DNA of 53,718 nt from Promethearchaeota archaeon (GTDB taxonomy: Archaea; Asgardarchaeota; Lokiarchaeia; Sigyniarchaeales; SOKP01), in contig JAGXNQ010000001.1 in assembly GCA_019894955.1 (NCBI GenBank), positions 1 through 53,718 on the forward strand, given 5' to 3'. Numbering within the stretch: the first letter of the stretch is position 1; each line of letters opens with the position of its first letter. A program made the position numbers and the translations under genes. Below the pieces are notes generated by a model. The model made no database searches and was not told where the DNA came from. It was given only the letters and a program-made list of their open reading frames with translations. Below are positions 1 through 7,767 of the stretch, piece by piece.

Positions 1-204
1 GATGAGGTAGATAAATGGAAAATTAGAGCTGAAGAATATAATAGGCTTGAAAAGAACGCTTTACTTCAGTTAGACTCGCTAGAATTGGAAAAGGGAATTA
101 AAACTGATGAAGAATCTTTATTTGCTGAACATGACGAAACCGATATAAAGAAGGAAAAGAAAATCGAAGATATTTTCGATGATCCAGGATTTCTAGAGTT
201 TTGA
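1..204 (+). CDS. 3' end of a CDS entering from upstream of the window; K/E-rich, probably helical tail, no family recognised
   Basis: Frame 1 is open from base 1 to TGA at 202-204 (DEVDKWKIRAEEYNRLEKNALLQLDSLELEKG...EDIFDDPGFLEF*). It is followed by T-rich sequence. Confidence 0.4.
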   Translation, partial: DEVDKWKIRAEEYNRLEKNALLQLDSLELEKGIKTDEESLFAEHDETDIKKEKKIEDIFDDPGFLEF

Positions 205-417
205 TACTTCAAGTCATTGATTTGATTTGGTATTTACTTCCATGCTTTCTTTAAATCTATTTAATAGCATTAATTTTTTTTGAATAACTGTTTTTTTAGA
301 TATTAATTTTTTTTAATTATTTTTGATAGTAATAGGTCAAAAAATTAGATGGGATGATAAAAGTAATTGGATTAAAAATCTAGCAGGGTAAATGAAGTAT
401 TGATGCGCAGTTATATA

Positions 418-894
418 TTAACCTTGGTTCCGTTTGGCAAACAATTGCTTTAATTCACCCATAATAGCACCCCTTAAACTTACGGGGCTTGCTGGACGAA
501 CTCCTCCAGGAGCTCCAGGTGATGGTGGTGGTCCTCCTGGTGGTCCCCCGGGTGGTCCTCCTGGTGGTCCCCCGGGTGGTCCTCCTGGCGGTCTTCCAGG
601 TGGTCCTCCGGATGGAGGAGGCGCGCTACTTGGGGCGCTAGGTGTGGCTAAAATTGGAGTAGAGAGAGTTGCTCTTGATTTAATATTAGTAACTTCTGTA
701 TTTATCGTATTAATTCGTGATTCCATAGATGTGATTTGTTGATTAATTGCCAATAGAGCATTATCAACTAGATCTGGAATCCTTAAGAACATTGTCATCA
801 TTTTTTCTACAATGTCTCCAAACGCATTAATTTTTTCATCAATCGGTGATTTACGAGCGTTCTCTAAAAAGCTGGTAAATTCTTCAGCACACAT
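418..894 (-). CDS. Hypothetical protein: N-terminal helical/coiled-coil domain, S/P linker, (PPGG)n tract, C-terminal amphipathic helix
   Basis: 158-aa ORF. The N-terminus has heptad-like sequence (LVDNALLAINQQITSMESRINTINTEVTNIKSR). This is followed by PPPSGGPPGRPPGGPPGGPPGGPPGGPPGGPPPSPGAPGG and then SLRGAIMGELKQLFAKRNQG. The antisense 102-aa ORF consists of repeat plus junk, so the minus strand is preferred. Confidence 0.6.
   Translation of the reverse strand: MCAEEFTSFLENARKSPIDEKINAFGDIVEKMMTMFLRIPDLVDNALLAINQQITSMESRINTINTEVTNIKSRATLSTPILATPSAPSSAPPPSGGPPGRPPGGPPGGPPGGPPGGPPGGPPPSPGAPGGVRPASPVSLRGAIMGELKQLFAKRNQG
527..610. repeat. Coding tandem repeat, seven 12-nt units (ggtggtcctcct / ggtggtcccccg alternating) encoding (PPGG)n on the minus strand
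   Basis: Read directly from the sequence: units at 527, 539, 551, 563, 575, 587 and 599. It forms a GC-rich islet in an AT-rich background. Confidence 0.9.
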
Positions 895-1025
895 TTTTTA
901 ATCTCGGTTAACTAATTTTCATAAAAATTTTTAATAATTATATGTTAGAGGTGTTTAATAAATTTAAGCAGTTACTTAGGAAGAGTCGTTAAATCAATAT
1001 TAGAAAAAAAATAATGAAGAATTAG

Positions 1026-1658
1026 TTAGCTTGACTTGGATACGGAATCTTTTACTTTTAACCATAAGTTGTCTACCTCGTCTCTAACTTGTAAAAATTG
1101 ATTAATTTTTTTAAGCATTACGTCTCGAGCTCTATCAAATTCTCTTTGGATATCATCTAGTTCAGATTCATATATTTTTATTTTTTCGCCTTCTTCCAGG
1201 TTATTTTTCTTTTTTTCAACAAATAAAGCCTTTTTTATGATATTACTTCTCCTTTGGGCTACTTCATTTAATGCATCAGCAAATTCATCTTTTTTTTCAA
1301 TTAAATAATCTTTTTTCAGAGTAAGGTTTTTTATAGAATCAATATAACTCTTGTTAGTTTCAATATATTTATCATTTTGATGGATGATATCATCAAACAA
1401 TTGAACTTCTTCGTCTTTAATATTCGATCTTCTCTCTCTTGCTAAAGTTTGCATTTGTTTTAAAACGTCTCTATAAGTTCGATTCATCATTTCTCTTGCG
1501 AGAGTGGCTTTAGTTAGGTTTTCTGCGTATTTTTTCTGAGAATTTACCAATGATGATTGAGCTTTCGCTAGTTTTTTAATCTCTTTCACGAGATCTTGCT
1601 CGATCTTTGCTAATTCTAGCTCGTCTTCATGTGTTATAATCGGACTCATATTTTTCAA
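1026..1658 (-). CDS. Hypothetical all-helical coiled-coil protein (210 aa), K/E-rich
   Basis: Long ORF on the same strand as its neighbours. Heptad-like charged sequence runs throughout (ELELAKIEQDLVKEIKKLAKAQ..., ESELDDIQREFDRARDVMLKKINQF). No enzymatic motif is present. Confidence 0.55.
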   Translation of the reverse strand: MKNMSPIITHEDELELAKIEQDLVKEIKKLAKAQSSLVNSQKKYAENLTKATLAREMMNRTYRDVLKQMQTLARERRSNIKDEEVQLFDDIIHQNDKYIETNKSYIDSIKNLTLKKDYLIEKKDEFADALNEVAQRRSNIIKKALFVEKKKNNLEEGEKIKIYESELDDIQREFDRARDVMLKKINQFLQVRDEVDNLWLKVKDSVSKSS

Positions 1659-1733
1659 CTCGAATAAATAATCATTTTATATAATATTATGTTAACAATT
1701 TGATATTATAATTTTTAGGTTTTTTAAAGTGTT

Positions 1734-2780
1734 TTAAGTAGAAGGATATCTAGCTGTCAAGATATTATCTTTATAATTAGCTTTTATAATCTTCGCTTTT
1801 ATTTCACTACCTATCATATTTTCTGTAAATTTAAGAGGTTTTTGTAGTAGCACTTTAATACCTATCTCTTCAGTAATTTTACCAATACATTCTTGCTCCC
1901 AACGTCCTTTAGATACAATAATTAATTTTATTTCATCATTTTTTCTTAAATTTAAGGTAGAAATTGATTCTCTCCTATGAATCCCAAAATCTTTAGGTCC
2001 AAGTTTTAATTTTAGTTTATATTTTTTTTCTAATTTTGTAAGTTGCTCGTAAAAATATCCCCACGATTTTGGATAAGTTCTGCTGAGTTTTCTACCAGTT
2101 TTATATACTAAATACTTCTGTATTCCTATTTTAGGAATTTGTGGATATCCTTGATTTTTTAAGGAAATTATATATTTAATGATATTCTCAATATCTATGT
2201 CATTTTTCCCTGGGAACCATACCGGTGCAATAAGTACTTCTATTTTTGATGCAATAAGTAAATTTAAATTGTCCAGTAATTCATTTATACCATAAACTTT
2301 ACAACCACACAATTTTCTTGCTAGATCTTCATTAAGTGTGTTTAAACTAACATTTATCCTTGAGAGATTTAATGATTCTAATTTTTTGATTATTTTTTTT
2401 GTTAATAATAATCCGTTACTTTGCATAGAGATTGTCGAAATTCCTTCAATTCTCCATAATTTCGAAATTAAATCATATAATTCAGGATAAAGTAAACTTT
2501 CGCCATAAGGGGCAATGTGGATCTCTATATCGTGAGCACCTTTAATTTCTATTATTTTTTTGATTCCCTTTATTATATAGTCTGAACTAACAATAAAATT
2601 TGTCTTGTAATCTCCAGCACTAACAAAGCAATATTTACATTTTAAATTACATAATGTGATGGGTTTAATTTCAATAACGTTTGTCCCGCGATCTATTAAT
2701 CCTAAAAAGTCTACCCCCATCAACGGGATATTTGATGTTTCGTTAACATAAATAGTATCTTGATACATATTATACGCCAT
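1734..2780 (-). CDS. Radical SAM domain protein with a TRAM-like C-terminal beta domain
   Basis: Canonical CX3CX2C motif (ITLCNLKCKYCFVSAG) lies near the N-terminus and is followed by a TIM-barrel-like alternating pattern. The stop is 6 nt from the upstream pelota gene. Confidence 0.8.
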   Translation of the reverse strand: MAYNMYQDTIYVNETSNIPLMGVDFLGLIDRGTNVIEIKPITLCNLKCKYCFVSAGDYKTNFIVSSDYIIKGIKKIIEIKGAHDIEIHIAPYGESLLYPELYDLISKLWRIEGISTISMQSNGLLLTKKIIKKLESLNLSRINVSLNTLNEDLARKLCGCKVYGINELLDNLNLLIASKIEVLIAPVWFPGKNDIDIENIIKYIISLKNQGYPQIPKIGIQKYLVYKTGRKLSRTYPKSWGYFYEQLTKLEKKYKLKLKLGPKDFGIHRRESISTLNLRKNDEIKLIIVSKGRWEQECIGKITEEIGIKVLLQKPLKFTENMIGSEIKAKIIKANYKDNILTARYPST

Positions 2781-2786
2781 TATTGG

Positions 2787-3866
2787 TTAAAATTTATATC
2801 TTAATATTGCTAAGAGAGATCCCAAATCTTCTATACGCTGTCCAGTTGGATGCTCACTACTCATAATGTGGATTACTCCTTGTGACTTCTCTACATTGCT
2901 AATTATTTTTTCAATATGTAGTTTTTGATTTTTTTGTGCTCCCCTAATTAGGGTATCTACAAGAAATAATTCTTTTACTGCACCCCTCTCCGATGCGATA
3001 TCTACCTCATCAAAACCGATAGCAATAAGATCAGGGTTTTTATCAAATAATGTAAAAATTTCTTCGATATTTTGGGTCTCTTGCAGAATTTTTACATTTT
3101 TTTTTATTTTCGCTAATTGTTTAGATTTTAGAATCTCAATAATTCCACTTTCAGTCCCAGAACTCGCATGAAAGTTTTGAATTTTATTTGTATATGGTAC
3201 TTTTACTTTTTCTTTCAAATAAGTCAAGAAATGATCCCTGATACTTCCCGGTCCGCATAAAACAATCAAATTAATATCATTGAGCTTAATATTTTCTCCT
3301 ACTATCTTTTCTATTTCCATAAAAAATTCTTGGATTGCTTTATTTCTGTGTGTTTGCTCGTATCGTTTTCCGGGTATGTTCTTTTTAATAGTAGCGATTC
3401 TTTTATGGCTGAAATTTGTTGTGAGTGATATAGTAGCCAATCCCGTTTCAATAGCAACTATTAGCATGTTAAAATTAACTTCGAATTTGGAGTGTTCACT
3501 TAATCTCTTTATTTCGTTTCTCAACCATTTCTCCTTAATAATTACCAATTTCTGACCAATTTCAATATTTAAAGTATGGTAGGTTCCAAAACTTACGAAG
3601 TCTTCAGGTCCTTCTAAAATTGTACCCTTAATCCTTAGACGATTTGAAAATTCATGAAATGACACATCTTCAACGTTAATTTTAAGGTACATTGGTTTAC
3701 GTTCTCCTTTTGATCCTTCTTTTAATACAATTCTTCTCTGAGTTCGAGCGGCAACTTTATCATTCTCTGATATTACATTGTATAAGCTCCATAAATCGTT
3801 TAAATTCTCAATTTGAACCGTTATTTCTCTAGTTTTATCATTTCTTTCCAGAATTTTCATAAACAA
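2787..3866 (-). CDS. pelA: Pelota (Dom34 homologue, aRF1-related mRNA surveillance / ribosome rescue factor)
   Basis: The N-terminus MKILERNDKTREITVQIENLNDLWSLYNVISENDKV matches the typical Pelota N-domain. The eRF1-like central and C-terminal domains and the ~356-aa length also fit. The true start may be the third codon (MKIL). Confidence 0.9.
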   Translation of the reverse strand: MFMKILERNDKTREITVQIENLNDLWSLYNVISENDKVAARTQRRIVLKEGSKGERKPMYLKINVEDVSFHEFSNRLRIKGTILEGPEDFVSFGTYHTLNIEIGQKLVIIKEKWLRNEIKRLSEHSKFEVNFNMLIVAIETGLATISLTTNFSHKRIATIKKNIPGKRYEQTHRNKAIQEFFMEIEKIVGENIKLNDINLIVLCGPGSIRDHFLTYLKEKVKVPYTNKIQNFHASSGTESGIIEILKSKQLAKIKKNVKILQETQNIEEIFTLFDKNPDLIAIGFDEVDIASERGAVKELFLVDTLIRGAQKNQKLHIEKIISNVEKSQGVIHIMSSEHPTGQRIEDLGSLLAILRYKF

Positions 3867-3985
3867 TCAATTTCTCTTAAGGTAAGGCAAAAAATAAATT
3901 GTATTAGTATTAGGAAAGTACTTTTTCCAATAAATTTATACTTCAGATTATAAAAATAAATAAATAAAAATTAAAAAAAAAATAA

Positions 3986-4138
3986 TCATTTCTCTCCAAG
4001 AGCTTCTTTGATCTTCTCCAATTCTTCCATCCGCTTCTTCTTTTCTTCTTCACGTTTCTTCATTTCTGCATCGTCTACTTTTTGGAGAGTTACACCCTTT
4101 TTTATTTCCTCTTTCAGTTCATTATCGACTGGGGTCAT
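3986..4138 (-). CDS. Small ORF (50 aa) not in the ORF track: MTPVDNELKEEIKKGVTLQKVDDAEMKKREEEKKKRMEELEKIKEALGEK, with a WH2/beta-thymosin-like motif
   Basis: ATG at 4138-4136 and TGA at 3988-3986. An in-frame stop lies 3 codons upstream of the ATG, and GAGGT lies 3-4 nt upstream. The ORF fills an otherwise empty 380-nt gap on the same strand as both neighbours. Confidence 0.4.
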   Translation of the reverse strand: MTPVDNELKEEIKKGVTLQKVDDAEMKKREEEKKKRMEELEKIKEALGEK

Positions 4139-4246
4139 TATACCTCAACGTTTCTTATTTTTTGTATAGTAATCTGATTTTAAAGCATTTAGATATACTG
4201 ATATTATAATAATTTTTATTTATAAGTTTAAGTTAATAGTAAAAAG

Positions 4247-4687
4247 CTAGAGTTTAAGCTCCATTAAGAAAGCATTATCACCTATTCGGTAATAATTATC
4301 AATTTCTTTGATTATGCGAAAATCATGGTTCTTGTATAGTTTAAGAGCACTCAAATTAGATGTTCGTACATTTAAGATTATTCGTTTAAAAATTTGTGAT
4401 TTTTCAACTTCCATTAATACGTGGTTTAGGAGAAAAGAACCTAATCCCATATTTCGATAACCTTCTTTTATGAGCAAACTTATAATGTTGAGTGTATTTC
4501 TTTCTTGCTCTAGTACGATTACAAATCCTATTATTTTTTCATTACTATTTAATAGTTTAAAAAAAAAAGTATTATTATATAATAATTGTTCAATTGTCTC
4601 TTTTGAAAATGAATCATCCTTGAAAGTGGTTTTCTCAAGTGAATTGATCTGATTCAAATCATTAATCTTGACTTTTTCTATCTTCAT
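4247..4687 (-). CDS. GNAT-family N-acetyltransferase (RimI-like)
   Basis: Acetyl-CoA binding motif region IKEGYRNMGLGSFLLNHVL and the C-terminal ALKLYKNHDFRI are present. The length is 146 aa. The start overlaps the upstream radical-SAM gene by 26 nt. Confidence 0.85.
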   Translation of the reverse strand: MKIEKVKINDLNQINSLEKTTFKDDSFSKETIEQLLYNNTFFFKLLNSNEKIIGFVIVLEQERNTLNIISLLIKEGYRNMGLGSFLLNHVLMEVEKSQIFKRIILNVRTSNLSALKLYKNHDFRIIKEIDNYYRIGDNAFLMELKL

Positions 4688-5828
4688 TTAATCCAAAATC
4701 CTCCCAAAATACATTAATTGGAGATTTCTCTGTTATTTGTTTATATTTCTCTTCTCTGAAAGGAGTAGTTTCCAAAATATAAAATTTTAATCCTTTCTTA
4801 TCAACTAATTGAATAATATCGTCATTTAGTGAAGCCTCAACAGATAACTTTAATCCTGCAGTATCAATTTCTAAATGATGCGATTTTAAATTTGCATTCT
4901 TTAAAATTTCTTCTTTTAATTCATGTAATTTATCTAAAGGTCCTTCAATTTGACTATAAATCAATAACCCTTCAGGAGAAATTGATTCATATGGTTTTCG
5001 TATTTTTTTTGCTCGGCGATAATAACGCTTGCTTAATTGCCAATAATCTTTTGCAATTATTGTGCAAAAATGGATTTTAATTGATACTTTGGGTGCCATC
5101 CGTTCTATTAGTTCAAACGCCATCTCTTTACTATTCTCAACAGAAGCTATAGTCCCATTCTTTAAATCATAACCTCTATCTTTTAATTGAGCACTATTAG
5201 ATACACTATATTCGAATTCATTTATATTGAGAAAATCAGCCCCAATTTTATCTAAATAGATAATAAATTGTTCTAATTCATTTAAATATTTATTTTGAGG
5301 AATTAAAGGAACTTCAGCACCAACTTGCATCCCTTTTTTAAGAGCTAATTTGATAACATTCCAATTGGACCGAGAAGGATTAAATCTAATCTCGTCTAAA
5401 CCAGAATTAGCAAGATCGATGGCTAAATTCTCATCAAAATTAACACCATTTGAATAAAGGTGTATATGGAATTTCTTACCCATTTTGTGTCTGATAAACC
5501 TAATTATTTCTAGGGTAGATTTAATATTTGGGGTAAATAGAGGATCACCACCTGTTATTCCCATGCCTAACGCATTTGTATTATTAATTTCATCGAGGAT
5601 TTCTTCTTTTGTATTAATTTGGATTTCATTAGCAAACATTAATGATTTATTTTTCCTTTCTTCAGAAATAGGACAATACCAGTAACAATGGTCTGGATTT
5701 TGGCACAATCCATTGAGAAATAATACTGTTTTTGCTCCCTTCAGGCAAATTTGGCATCCCTTTGGAATCCCTCTTCCTTTAATTAGAAATGTTCCTTTTC
5801 CTGAATCATAAAAACTATTTTTTCTCAT
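4662..5828 (-). CDS. Radical-SAM-related enzyme with atypical cysteine spacing (PFL-activase-like uncharacterised family)
   Basis: The GGDPLF SAM-binding-type motif (GMGITGGDPLFTPN) lies ~35 aa after the cysteine cluster LCQNPDHCYWYCP (CX5CX3C). An extra CQIC pair lies upstream. The start overlaps the stop of the nucleotidyltransferase gene (ATGA, 4 nt). Confidence 0.7.
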   Translation of the reverse strand: MRKNSFYDSGKGTFLIKGRGIPKGCQICLKGAKTVLFLNGLCQNPDHCYWYCPISEERKNKSLMFANEIQINTKEEILDEINNTNALGMGITGGDPLFTPNIKSTLEIIRFIRHKMGKKFHIHLYSNGVNFDENLAIDLANSGLDEIRFNPSRSNWNVIKLALKKGMQVGAEVPLIPQNKYLNELEQFIIYLDKIGADFLNINEFEYSVSNSAQLKDRGYDLKNGTIASVENSKEMAFELIERMAPKVSIKIHFCTIIAKDYWQLSKRYYRRAKKIRKPYESISPEGLLIYSQIEGPLDKLHELKEEILKNANLKSHHLEIDTAGLKLSVEASLNDDIIQLVDKKGLKFYILETTPFREEKYKQITEKSPINVFWEDFGLNEDRKSQD

Positions 5829-6526
5829 ATTTCTCGTAATTTTTTTCTAATAATTGTTTTTTTTCTAGCAAGTGTTTTTAGCACATTTTCAGTAGATTCG
5901 TCAGGATTTAATGGTCTTTTTAAAAATACCCCTGTACGCCCAAATTGTTCTCGCCTCAAAAGTACATTCCTTCTTTCCATAATTGTTTCAATATTTACAT
6001 TAATCTCTTTAGCCACATTATGCTCGTTCCCCAAAATTGATGATTCTTCATGACCATTACTTGTGGGTTTGATAAAAACTAATCGTTTATCTATTCCTGG
6101 GACTCTTATTTCTCTTTTTATTTGATCTTGATTGATTTTTCCTCCAAATGAATAAAATTCTAAAGATTTTTTATCGAAAGAGGATATTGGGATTGTGATA
6201 CTTTCTAATTCACTTAAATAGATATACAATTTTATTGTATCTCCTGGAGTTGCCATAACTATTTCTCTAAAATAATTATTATAACCATTCTTAAATAAAA
6301 CATGCTCAATTAGAAATGATGATATTCTTTTCAGAAACACAATATCAATATCGCTATCTATATGTACGTCTCCACGAGCTAAACTTCCGTAAATGTATGG
6401 ATTAAATCCTGCCATAACAAAAAGATCTAATAATTTTAAAGCTTGTAGTCTTTTACTTTTTAGAAGTTCCCAATCTTTTTTTTTGTATTTGATGATTCTA
6501 TTATGATTTCTTAATATTTTATCCAT
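5825..6526 (-). CDS. Minimal Pol-beta-superfamily nucleotidyltransferase with an uncharacterised C-terminal domain
   Basis: Signature GSLARGDVHIDSDIDIVF (G-S...D-x-D) lies at residues ~47-64. The length is 233 aa. Confidence 0.75.
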   Translation of the reverse strand: MDKILRNHNRIIKYKKKDWELLKSKRLQALKLLDLFVMAGFNPYIYGSLARGDVHIDSDIDIVFLKRISSFLIEHVLFKNGYNNYFREIVMATPGDTIKLYIYLSELESITIPISSFDKKSLEFYSFGGKINQDQIKREIRVPGIDKRLVFIKPTSNGHEESSILGNEHNVAKEINVNIETIMERRNVLLRREQFGRTGVFLKRPLNPDESTENVLKTLARKKTIIRKKLREI

Positions 6527-6537
6527 TGTTAACTCAT

Positions 6538-7332
6538 TTAAGATTTAATTTTATTAATGAGTTTTAGAATAATTCCAAATAAAATTGTTTCAAAATATTT
6601 AAAATTTCGAGTAGCATCCCTAACTATAATTGAATTATGAAAGTTTTGTGTTCCACGATATTTCTCAATGGTTTTATTTTTGAATTTAATAATGCTATAT
6701 TCACTGAAAATAAGATAGCTATCCTTTGTGGAGTTAAATCCCGTATTTTCTATCAAATTTTCCTGTTTTTCTTTAATATTAAGCTTTGAATTTATAATAA
6801 TATGACCTAGGTAATTCTTTTCATTTTTTATGTATATGGGATTGAAATTTTTGTCATTATAAGATATTAATATGTATTTATCATTATTTGCTGAACCAGA
6901 TGTATTTTCCATTATAGAATTGATAACACATATTATCTCATCGTTGATATCATTTTTAGATGAATCGATCGAGGATTTTTTACTTAATGATAATAATACA
7001 TTAATCACTCTTAATCCATAACTACTGAGCCCTTCTGTTACGACTCTTAGCAAACTAATTCTTCTTTTTGTACGAAGGATGATTATTATAGGATCGCTTT
7101 TATTCATGAGTTTATTATTAATAGCTAAGTTCCATCGGCAAGCTTTAATAATAGACTCGTTTGTTCTTTGTACTGAATTTTGAGATGATAAGAGGATATC
7201 TTCATTAACTAGAGTATTTCTCCAACGTGTCAAAATCTTATAAATTTTAACCAAAATTAAAAATGTTATTAAAAGAATGATAGCAACTGAACTAACAAGT
7301 ATCCAATCAACACGAAAAATATCAAAACTCAT
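6538..7332 (-). CDS. Hypothetical protein anchored by one N-terminal TM helix
   Basis: The N-terminus VDWILVSSVAIILLITFLILVKIY is hydrophobic and the remainder is soluble with no recognisable motifs. The gene is tightly packed, 5 nt after cutA and 11 nt before the nucleotidyltransferase gene. Confidence 0.55.
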   Translation of the reverse strand: MSFDIFRVDWILVSSVAIILLITFLILVKIYKILTRWRNTLVNEDILLSSQNSVQRTNESIIKACRWNLAINNKLMNKSDPIIIILRTKRRISLLRVVTEGLSSYGLRVINVLLSLSKKSSIDSSKNDINDEIICVINSIMENTSGSANNDKYILISYNDKNFNPIYIKNEKNYLGHIIINSKLNIKEKQENLIENTGFNSTKDSYLIFSEYSIIKFKNKTIEKYRGTQNFHNSIIVRDATRNFKYFETILFGIILKLINKIKS

Positions 7333-7337
7333 TGAAA

Positions 7338-7682
7338 TTACTCCTTACTATTATTTACGACATTGGCAATCCAATTTAAATATTTTTCTGAGCCCTTTGT
7401 TATAGGAATTCTTATACATTCGGGATTTTCATAACTATGGGTTTCTTGGATCTTTTGAATAATCAAATCACTTTTACTTTCAACAGTTTTTATAATCAAT
7501 AAAAATTCTTTCTCAATTTCAATATTATTTTTCCACCAATAAGTAGAAATAATATTTGGTACAATGCTTACACAAGCGGCTAGCTTTTCTTCGACTAAGA
7601 TTCTAGAGATATCAGTACCTTCTTCAATATTTGAGACCGTCACAAAAAAAATACAATATTTTATCTTCTTCACCATTGACAA
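7338..7682 (-). CDS. cutA: CutA1 divalent-cation tolerance protein
   Basis: The pattern EEKLAACVSIVPNIISTYWWKNNIEIEKEFLLIIKT...THSYENPECIRIPI is typical of CutA. The length is 114 aa. Confidence 0.85.
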   Translation of the reverse strand: MSMVKKIKYCIFFVTVSNIEEGTDISRILVEEKLAACVSIVPNIISTYWWKNNIEIEKEFLLIIKTVESKSDLIIQKIQETHSYENPECIRIPITKGSEKYLNWIANVVNNSKE

Positions 7683-7767
7683 ATTCTTTGATTTACCATT
7701 ATATATGAATGTTTAAATACAAACTTTTTTTTCTAAATAAGATTTATTTTATCCTAAGATTAGAAAT

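Noticed and set aside
434-742. 102-aa plus-strand ORF (PPGGPPGG...) antisense to the 158-aa gene
   Set aside because: This is a shadow ORF created by the strand-symmetric GC-rich repeat. Outside the repeat its sequence is low-complexity junk, whereas the minus-strand frame has structured N- and C-terminal domains.
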